From contig CAVSGG010000009.1 in assembly GCA_963727455.1 (NCBI GenBank), positions 160,001-224,000 on the forward strand: a stretch of DNA of 64,000 bases. The letters are read 5' to 3'. The notes under the pieces are model-generated. The model saw nothing but the letters and a program-made list of their open reading frames with translations. It was not told the origin of the DNA and did no database searches. The DNA is from Candidatus Krumholzibacteriota bacterium (GTDB taxonomy: Bacteria; Krumholzibacteriota; Krumholzibacteriia; JAJRXK01). The translations under genes were made by a program, and so were the position numbers. The stretch's first letter is position 1. Each line of letters begins with the position of its first letter. This document shows positions 57,246 through 64,000 of this stretch, one piece after another.

Positions 57246-58238
57246 TCATCTGCCTCGCGCTTTGAGCAAGAGCACCAGGAAGAGCGGAGCGCCCACGATT
57301 GCGGTCAGCACACCCACCGGAAGCTCCGCTCCGCGGCCGGCCAGGGCGATGCTGCGGGTGATGGAGTCGGCCAGAACCAAGAATCCTCCCCCCAACAAAA
57401 ACGAGCCGGCCAAGAGACGCCGGTGCGCGGGACCCAGCACGCGGCGCGCGGCGTGCGGAGCCAAGAGTCCGACGAAACCAATGGGTCCGGTCACCGCCAC
57501 CACCACTGCGGTGAGGGCCGAAGCGGAGAGCAAACAGATGGTCTGACTGGATTCGACCTCGACGCCGCGGCTGCTGGCCAGTTCCTCGCCGAAGGCGAGT
57601 TGATCCAGCGCCCCCGCCTGCAGCGCCACCAGGAGGAGAGCGGGGAGCAGCACCACCGGCAGGGGTGCAAGCGAGCTCATGCCGCCCACCGCCAGGCCTC
57701 CCATCATCCAGTGGTCCATCGCGCGCAGCCGGAAGGGATCGCTCAGGAAGCGTAGGAGGAGAATCGCGGCTCCAAAGAAGAAATTGAGGGTGACGCCGGC
57801 CAAGAGAAGCTCGTTGGTGTCCAGGTTGCGCCCACGGCGCGAGAGCAGATAGAGCACTCCGACGTCGATCACCGCGAACACGAATGCGAAGAGCGTCACC
57901 GAGGAGAGCGGCCCGATGGCGAAGGCGAGACCGGGAACGCTCAGGGCGAGAAAGGCGCCCAGGGCGCCGGCGAAGGAGACTCCCAGGGTGTAGGGAGTGG
58001 CCAGGTCGTTGCGCAAGAGAGTCTGGAAGACAGCGCCCGCGACGGCGAGACTGCCTCCGGCCAAGAGCCCGAGCAGAATGCGGGGCGCGCGCAGGAGAAG
58101 AATCTGCGCCCGGGGACTGTGTACCCCGTGCAAGAAGTCGAAGAGAGCCCCGCGCACGTCGATCGAGGTGCTGCCCAGGAAGGGGGCGGTGACAAGAACC
58201 GCGAGACAGAAGAGCGCGAGCAGAAACATGCGCTTCAT
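57246..58238 (-). CDS. FecCD/BtuC-type ABC permease
   Basis: RAPRILL, QTLLRNDLATPYTLG, GPIGFVGL, ELPVG. Confidence 0.92.
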   Translation of the reverse strand: MKRMFLLALFCLAVLVTAPFLGSTSIDVRGALFDFLHGVHSPRAQILLLRAPRILLGLLAGGSLAVAGAVFQTLLRNDLATPYTLGVSFAGALGAFLALSVPGLAFAIGPLSSVTLFAFVFAVIDVGVLYLLSRRGRNLDTNELLLAGVTLNFFFGAAILLLRFLSDPFRLRAMDHWMMGGLAVGGMSSLAPLPVVLLPALLLVALQAGALDQLAFGEELASSRGVEVESSQTICLLSASALTAVVVAVTGPIGFVGLLAPHAARRVLGPAHRRLLAGSFLLGGGFLVLADSITRSIALAGRGAELPVGVLTAIVGAPLFLVLLLKARGR

Positions 58239-59029
58239 GGCTGGTCCTTCCCGCGCGGAATCGCCGGCAGTACCACGACCCTGTCGCCGGCCGGATGAGC
58301 GCCCACCCAGAGGCCATCACCGTAGACCTTCCGCAAAAGCGGGCCCTTCAGGACCTCGGCCGGATCCCCTTCGGCCACGCACTCCCCGCGGTGTAGCATC
58401 ACGACACGGCTGGCGAAGGCGGCCGCCAGATTCAAGTCGTGGGTGGCGCAGAGCACGGCGCGGCCCTCGCGAGCCAGGACATCGAGCAGAGTCATGAAAC
58501 GCACCTGATGGTGCAGATCCAGCGAAACGGTCGGCTCGTCCAGAAGCAGAAGATCCCCTCCCTGGGCCAGCGCCGCCGCCAGATGAACTCTCTGCCGTTC
58601 TCCACCGCTCAACTCCAAGAGCGTGCGTGAGGCGAGCGCGGTGATCTCGGTGCGCTGCATCGCCAGTTCCACCGCTTCGAGATCCGTGGCGCCGGGTCGA
58701 CCCCAGCTTCCCAGGTAGGGATAGCGTCCCAGGGCGACGGTCTCTCTCACCGTGTGGACGTGGATGCTCTCGACCTGTTGCGGAAGGAAGGCGATTTTGC
58801 GCGCGCGCTCGCGGCGCGAATAGTCGCTCAGTTCGCGAGCTTCCCATTCCACGCTCCCCTCTCCGGCGGGCAAAAGCCCGGCCGCCAGGCGCAGGAGCGT
58901 ACTCTTCCCGCTTCCGTTGGGGCCCAGGAGCATCACCAGCTCGCCGCGCTTCACTTCGAGCGAGAGCCGCGTGATCACACGCACTCCCTCGGAATAGGAG
59001 AAGCCGAGATTGCTCAGGCGAAGCGCCAT
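58235..59029 (-). CDS. ABC ATP-binding protein (BtuD/FecE-type)
   Basis: GPNGSGKST, LSGGERQR, LLLDEP, HDLN. Confidence 0.93.
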   Translation of the reverse strand: MALRLSNLGFSYSEGVRVITRLSLEVKRGELVMLLGPNGSGKSTLLRLAAGLLPAGEGSVEWEARELSDYSRRERARKIAFLPQQVESIHVHTVRETVALGRYPYLGSWGRPGATDLEAVELAMQRTEITALASRTLLELSGGERQRVHLAAALAQGGDLLLLDEPTVSLDLHHQVRFMTLLDVLAREGRAVLCATHDLNLAAAFASRVVMLHRGECVAEGDPAEVLKGPLLRKVYGDGLWVGAHPAGDRVVVLPAIPRGKDQP

Positions 59030-59032
59030 GTT

Positions 59033-59971
59033 TCAGTTTCCTCGCGCTCTGATGATCGCGTCCTGGAAGTTCTGCGCGGTCTGGGCAATCCGCGGCCCGG
59101 GTATCAGAAGACCATCGAAGGTCACCAATTCGACGGGACAGGATACACCTCCTTCGTGCCAGATCGCCGCCAATTCATCGGCTCGCTTCTGGTTCCATTC
59201 TTCTTCGGGACGCAGCTCGAGGACGAGGTCGGGAGGACGGGCGAGCACGGATTCGAGGCTGGGTTCGAAGTACCCCAGGGGGGAATCGTCGTACAGCGGC
59301 TCGCCACCGGCCAGGCGAAGGAGTTCTCCCAAGAAGCTCTTGCTGCCAACCGTCCACAGTCGGTTCAAAGCAACCGGATCGTGCCCCAGGGAAAGGAGCA
59401 CCTCGGGCCGTGGTGAAGACTGAAAAATGGAATCGGCGCGAGCCTGGATGCGGTGCAGCTCTGCTTCCACTTTCGCGCGCAGGCGCTCGCCATCCGGTCT
59501 CACCCCTCCAGCCAAAATGGAGTCCATCGCACAGAAACCCTCGAGGATGGAGTCGAGCCCGCGGTCCATGTCCACTCGCGCCAGAGGGATGGAGTGCTCC
59601 TTCGCGAAGCGCGAGAGCACTCGGCTTCTGCCCTGCACCACCAAGAGATCGGGCGAGAGGGTGAGGATCCTTTCGAGTTTCGGATCGAGGGCCCCTCCCA
59701 CTTTGGGCAAGCCCAGAAGGGAAGGCGGCCACACGCAGTAGTCCGTGGTCGCCAGAATTTCGTTTCCGTAGCCCAGGGCATAGGCGGTCTCTTCGAGATT
59801 CGGCGCGAAGAGAATCACTCCTCGCCTCGTCTGGCGCTCCTGTGGGGACGCCGCAGCATTCTTCTCGCTCACAGTGGGCTGCGGCAAGGGCCCGGATTCA
59901 CTCAAAAGGTAAGACAGCGCGAATCCCGCGATCAGAACGAAGACCAGTGCAAGTGTGGTTTTGAGGCGCAC
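59033..59971 (-). CDS. Helical-backbone substrate-binding protein (BtuF-like)
   Basis: APNLEE, TDYCVWP, KVGG..PKLERIL, PGPRI; operon with PduO suggests a cobalamin substrate. Confidence 0.82.
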   Translation of the reverse strand: MRLKTTLALVFVLIAGFALSYLLSESGPLPQPTVSEKNAAASPQERQTRRGVILFAPNLEETAYALGYGNEILATTDYCVWPPSLLGLPKVGGALDPKLERILTLSPDLLVVQGRSRVLSRFAKEHSIPLARVDMDRGLDSILEGFCAMDSILAGGVRPDGERLRAKVEAELHRIQARADSIFQSSPRPEVLLSLGHDPVALNRLWTVGSKSFLGELLRLAGGEPLYDDSPLGYFEPSLESVLARPPDLVLELRPEEEWNQKRADELAAIWHEGGVSCPVELVTFDGLLIPGPRIAQTAQNFQDAIIRARGN

Positions 59972-60073
59972 TACTGCTTGAAGACCCCACGGAGTTGCGT
60001 GTTTCTCGACACCCAGTTTCCCTGATGGTAGGGTACCTCATTCCGCTCGGGAAGGCTTGGTGAGGAGAATTTC

Positions 60074-60991
60074 ATGACGCAGCCCAAAGTGCTACTAAAT
60101 CTGGGTCACGCCCTCATTGCGGCCGCCTGGGCCGATGGTGAGCTGAGCCACAAAGAGCTGCAGAGCCTCAAGGATCTGCTCTTCCACCTGCCGGGGCTCA
60201 GACCGGAACACTGGGCCGAACTCGAACGCCGCGCGGAAATCCCGGTGGAGGAAGCGGAGCGCGAACGGCTCATCGGCAATTTGAGTCAGAGCATCGCCAC
60301 GGAGGAGGACCGGCAGTTGGTGCTCGGCGCCATCGACCAGCTCCTGCGTACCGACCGTGAGTTCGGGCAACCCGAACGCGAGGTGATGGAGGAGATCCGT
60401 CGCGCGACCGAAGTGAACGACACGAGCGTCTGGCACGAGCTGAAACGCTTCCTCCAGGGACCTCTCCGTTTGCGCGCCAGCGCGCGGGGTGCCGAACTCC
60501 CCCAACAGCGCTTGAAGGAACTCAACCGCGCCATCCTGCGCGAAGTTTCCGACCGCATCGCCGAGGATGAACGAGAGCTGGATCTCTCCGAGCGTGAGCT
60601 CAAGCGCCTCTGCCTGGCCGGCGGACTCTTGGCCCACGTGGCCGAAGTGGATCGCCGCGTCGATGAAGGCGAACGGGGGGTCATGGTGGAGGCGCTGAAG
60701 GACGGCTGGGGACTGAGCGAGGCAGTGGCGCGAGCCGTGACCGAAGTCGTCCTCATTCACTCGGGCGACGATTTCGACCTCCACCACAGCCTGCGTGAGT
60801 TCTTTTCCCTCACCAGCGAGGCCGAACGTATTTCTTTCCTCGACGTACTCTTCGCGGTGGCGGCGGGCGACGGGCAGGTCAGTTTTCAGGAGCAGGAGGA
60901 GATCCGTCTCATCAGTATGGGCCTGAAGCTCTCCAACGTGCACTACATCGCCGCGAAAACGCGCGTGCCCGAAGACAAGCGCGAAGTGTGA
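60074..60991 (+). CDS. Protein with two TerB-like domains
   Basis: AAAWADGELSHKEL; VAEVDRRVDEGE; FAVAAGDGQVSFQE. Confidence 0.8.
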   Translation: MTQPKVLLNLGHALIAAAWADGELSHKELQSLKDLLFHLPGLRPEHWAELERRAEIPVEEAERERLIGNLSQSIATEEDRQLVLGAIDQLLRTDREFGQPEREVMEEIRRATEVNDTSVWHELKRFLQGPLRLRASARGAELPQQRLKELNRAILREVSDRIAEDERELDLSERELKRLCLAGGLLAHVAEVDRRVDEGERGVMVEALKDGWGLSEAVARAVTEVVLIHSGDDFDLHHSLREFFSLTSEAERISFLDVLFAVAAGDGQVSFQEQEEIRLISMGLKLSNVHYIAAKTRVPEDKREV

Positions 60992-61033
60992 AGCTCCTTG
61001 CAGGACAATGCTCGCCGAGAAGATTGAACTCGC

Positions 61034-62368
61034 TCAGACTGCGCTATGCGCCGGTACTGATCTCGAATCCGAGCCCTTGGGACGGCCGGGAAGGCCGTAG
61101 ATCTCGGCGGGAAAGAGGTAGGGGAAGACCCCTTCCAAGAATTGCCGCCGCTTGTAGGCGCGGTGGCTGGTGTTGTCGCGCCGCACGAGGGTCCGCAAAT
61201 AGCTCTCCACCGTCAAAATCTGCAGCTCGACCGGGAAGATGTAGGGCTGAATCGCCTCGCCCCTTGACGGCGCGTAGAGCACGTCGACGTCTTCCTTGAA
61301 TACTTTGAAGTCACTACTGCTGAAGCGATTCATCTCCTGGTGCTGTTCGGGATAGCGGAAGAGATCGACCTGATTGCGGAAGGCAAGCGGTCCGCCGAGA
61401 ACGTAATGCAGAAGATCCGCCAGCTGGTGCACGCTCTTCTCATCCTTCACGATGAATCGCAGACCCAGTATGTCGGTGATGGCGACGGGATCGTTGATGC
61501 GTTTGCGCAGCATCTTGGAGAGAACAGACGCTGAACGGATTCTCTCCAGTCGCGGCAAGTCCTCGGCGCGGCGGTCCCTCTGCCGCATGCCGGCGACCGG
61601 CGCCCCGTCCATCTTGAATCGCGCTGAAACGTGGTAGATGGGCAAGTCGAAGGGCCCACCCGGCAGATCGCGCACCACTCTGCGGGTGCTGAAACGGAAC
61701 CAGTGGCAGTCCGATCGCTTACCGCGCGCTTCGGTGAGACGCACTCCGGATTCGTCGAGAGTATAGCTCACCTCGACGTCCCCCGACTCCTGCACGTAGG
61801 CCCAGAGCTCCCGATCGAGAATCGAGAGAAGATAACGCTTGTGACGCGGGCCCTCCTGGATGCGGCGCGTACGATCGATTTGGATGAGAACTCGGGCGAG
61901 GTAGAGCTTGCGCCGCGCCTCGAAAGCACAGCGGCTGCTGTGGTCGCAGAAGAGGTGCTCGACCAGTTGATGGAAGTCGTTGCAGTTGGCGATGCTCGGA
62001 TCGCAGGAGAAGTGCTTTCTCTCCTCCTCGGGCAACAGAAGCACGAGCTGCGCGAGATAGGCGCTGGCGTCGTGAAGGTAGGAGGAGATGATTCTCTCGT
62101 TCACCTCCAGGGAATGTTGTTCGCTCACCGGATGCAAGAGGCGGTTGAGCAGGCTCTGGTAGCGCCAGGGGTTGCTCATGTTCTCGCGTAAAAGACGCAC
62201 GTAGTGGCGCATCGCATTGCGATCGCGTTCGAAAAAGTGCGGGTCCAGTAGCGGGTGTGCGGAATAGTCAGGTTGTTCGCGATCGCTCATCTGGCGATCG
62301 GATGCCTTGGGAACGATCGAGATGGTACGAGCCATCCGGTCTAACTCCTGAGGAAGCGTCGAAGCCAA
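61034..62368 (-). CDS. RelA/SpoT-like nucleotidyltransferase-domain protein (TIGR04552-like); start uncertain
   Basis: SVLSKMLRK..ITDILGLRFIV, NRFSSSDFK, PVELQILT, SHRAYKRRQ. Confidence 0.7.
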   Translation of the reverse strand: MASTLPQELDRMARTISIVPKASDRQMSDREQPDYSAHPLLDPHFFERDRNAMRHYVRLLRENMSNPWRYQSLLNRLLHPVSEQHSLEVNERIISSYLHDASAYLAQLVLLLPEEERKHFSCDPSIANCNDFHQLVEHLFCDHSSRCAFEARRKLYLARVLIQIDRTRRIQEGPRHKRYLLSILDRELWAYVQESGDVEVSYTLDESGVRLTEARGKRSDCHWFRFSTRRVVRDLPGGPFDLPIYHVSARFKMDGAPVAGMRQRDRRAEDLPRLERIRSASVLSKMLRKRINDPVAITDILGLRFIVKDEKSVHQLADLLHYVLGGPLAFRNQVDLFRYPEQHQEMNRFSSSDFKVFKEDVDVLYAPSRGEAIQPYIFPVELQILTVESYLRTLVRRDNTSHRAYKRRQFLEGVFPYLFPAEIYGLPGRPKGSDSRSVPAHSAV

Positions 62369-62420
62369 GGTGGCGTCCTTGGTCTACGCCGTCAAGCGCG
62401 CAACAGTTCCACTCCTTCGC

Positions 62421-63386
62421 TCATTCTACTACAGATGCACGAACCAGGCCTACCAGACTCCTCACGAAGGCCGGATGATCGTTGAGACAGGGCACGAGCT
62501 TGAAATCGCCGCCACCGGCCTCCTGGAAGAGCACACGCCCCAATTCGCCGATTTCGTCCAGGGTTTCCAGGCAATCGGTGGTGAAACTCGGTGTCATTAC
62601 GTACAGGCTCTCCGTGCCGGCCTTCCCCAGGGCCACCAGCCGCTCCTGCGTGTTGGGAGTAATCCAGGGCTCGGGTCCGAAACGGCTCTGGTAGCCGAGT
62701 TCCCAGCTGCCTTCGGGCCAGTCCATTCTGGCCGCGAGGGCGCGCGCGGTCATTTCGCACTGCTTCGCGTAGGGGTCTCCCTGTTTGATGTAGCGGCGCG
62801 GAAGACCGTGGAAGCTCAAGAGCCAGTGGCGGGGCTCACCCCAGCGCTCCCGCGCCTCGCGCGCGGTTTGCGCCAAGGCCTCCAGATAGCTCTCGTGTGT
62901 CGCGAAGCCGCGCAGCTCCACCACTTTCGACTCACGACGGCTCTTGGGCCACAGGAGTTCGAGCTTGTCGTAGACGCTTTCGCTGGTCGAACGCGAATAC
63001 TGTGGAAAGAGCGGTAGCACCACCATCTGGTCGAATCCAGCTTCTTGAAGCTCCTCGAGCGCCGCCTTCAAGGATGGATTCCCGTAGCGCATGCCCAGGG
63101 CCACCTGCCACTGCGATCCCAGGGCTTGCGCCAGGGTTCTCTGTAGGCGCTGGCTGTAGACGAGCAGGGGCGATCCCTCCTCCATCCAAACCCGGCGGTA
63201 CAGGGCAGCGCTCTTCTTGGGCCTGACCCGCAACACGATTCCGTGCAGGATGGGCAGCCACAGCCAGCGCGGATAGTCGACCACGCGAAAGTCGCTCAAG
63301 AACTCCGCCAAATAGCGGCGTACCGCCTCGGGCGTCGGGGCGTCGGGCGTTCCCAGCTGGGCCAAGAGAAGCGCTCGCTTGCTCAC
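62421..63386 (-). CDS. hemH: Ferrochelatase
   Basis: LGTP, FLSD.RV, GSPL, MRYGNP, PLFPQYS, SFHGLP, QSRFG, DCLETL.EI, CLND. Confidence 0.95.
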   Translation of the reverse strand: MSKRALLLAQLGTPDAPTPEAVRRYLAEFLSDFRVVDYPRWLWLPILHGIVLRVRPKKSAALYRRVWMEEGSPLLVYSQRLQRTLAQALGSQWQVALGMRYGNPSLKAALEELQEAGFDQMVVLPLFPQYSRSTSESVYDKLELLWPKSRRESKVVELRGFATHESYLEALAQTAREARERWGEPRHWLLSFHGLPRRYIKQGDPYAKQCEMTARALAARMDWPEGSWELGYQSRFGPEPWITPNTQERLVALGKAGTESLYVMTPSFTTDCLETLDEIGELGRVLFQEAGGGDFKLVPCLNDHPAFVRSLVGLVRASVVE

Positions 63387-63392
63387 GATCTC

Positions 63393-63827
63393 TCACTCCT
63401 TCTCGGGGTCGACGGCGCGGCGCTCCCGCTTGCGCTGAGAGCGGCGCCGTTTGGCCTCTTTTCGCCTGCGGCGGCTGGCCGCGGTCGGCCTGGTGGCCTT
63501 GCGTGGGCGCGGGCGACGCAGGGCTTCCGTCAACAACTCCTGCAATCTCCGCACGACTTCGTGCCGATTTTGCGTTTGGCTGCGGTGCGCTGAGGAACTG
63601 AGGTGCAGCACCCCCCGTCCGTCGAGACGCGAGGACAGCTTTTCCAGCAGCCGGGCCCGCTGTCGGGGCCCCAAACTGTCACTCTTCGCCACGTCGAAGA
63701 GCAATTCCACCTGGGTGTCGCTGGTGTTGACGTGTTGGCCTCCGGGTCCGCCGCTGCGCGAAGTTCGAAAGCGCAGTTCGGAGCGCCGCAAGCTCAGCGA
63801 GGGAGTGATGCGGATGTAGCTTTCCAT
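63393..63827 (-). CDS. arfB: Alternative ribosome-rescue peptidyl-tRNA hydrolase
   Basis: RSGGPGGQHVN GGQ motif, RSQTQNR, basic tail RKATRPT..RRKEAKRRRS. Confidence 0.92.
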   Translation of the reverse strand: MESYIRITPSLSLRRSELRFRTSRSGGPGGQHVNTSDTQVELLFDVAKSDSLGPRQRARLLEKLSSRLDGRGVLHLSSSAHRSQTQNRHEVVRRLQELLTEALRRPRPRKATRPTAASRRRRKEAKRRRSQRKRERRAVDPEKE

Positions 63828-64000
63828 GGCTTCTCCATGCTTCGCGCGGGACGGCCTCACTCTCTGGCAAATCGCCGGTCACCGCAAGTTCGGCTTGAGG
63901 CCCAAGTTTCTTGCGGGATTCGCGGGCTTGGCGTAGCCTGCCAAAATCCTGAGGAACTCATGTTCCCGGTTCGGCCATCGTCCCACGCCAGGCCGGCAGC

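Noticed and set aside
59972-60073. Cobalamin riboswitch upstream of the BtuF-like operon
   Set aside because: Only about 100 bp, with no GGGAA..GCxACUG or B12-box motifs
1-64000. Prophage, IS, integron or tRNA
   Set aside because: No integrase, transposase or phage genes, terminal repeats or cloverleafs recognised

Overview
GC-rich bacterial chromosomal window from a diderm (outer-membrane beta-barrel, GmhA, O-antigen-ligase-like genes). A C-terminal 'S-F-G-x-L-K-A' motif tentatively suggests an FCB-related candidate lineage such as Krumholzibacteriota, Eisenbacteria or Latescibacterota. About 53 CDS: many surface-glycan genes (GT2, GT4, GT-C, flippase, GmhA, WaaL-like, sugar N-acetyltransferase and aminotransferase), metabolism (pckA, serA-like, class V aminotransferase, queF, hemH, ALDH7), B12/iron-chelate uptake plus PduO, peptidases, redox genes and ArfB. 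No tRNA, rRNA, CRISPR or mobile element was seen. Highlights: (1) an ORF-free, ~470-nt, hairpin-dense, end-paired and potentially pseudoknotted RNA candidate ending in an intrinsic terminator at 52.15-52.61 kb (minus strand), whose upstream region shares an exact 12-mer with the region upstream of the Rrf2 regulator; (2) a second ~300-nt structured RNA candidate at 31.7-32.0 kb; (3) several apparent pseudoenzymes: a LytS-type kinase without its His, a pyruvate-kinase barrel without its active site, two MDR dehydrogenases with altered Zn ligands, a crotonase without its Glu, and a degenerate TagF-like protein; (4) an orphan RelA/SpoT-like nucleotidyltransferase convergent with a double-TerB protein. 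The 30.4-33.6 kb stretch has many frameshifts, probably assembly errors. All family calls come from motif recognition by eye, and no searches were run.
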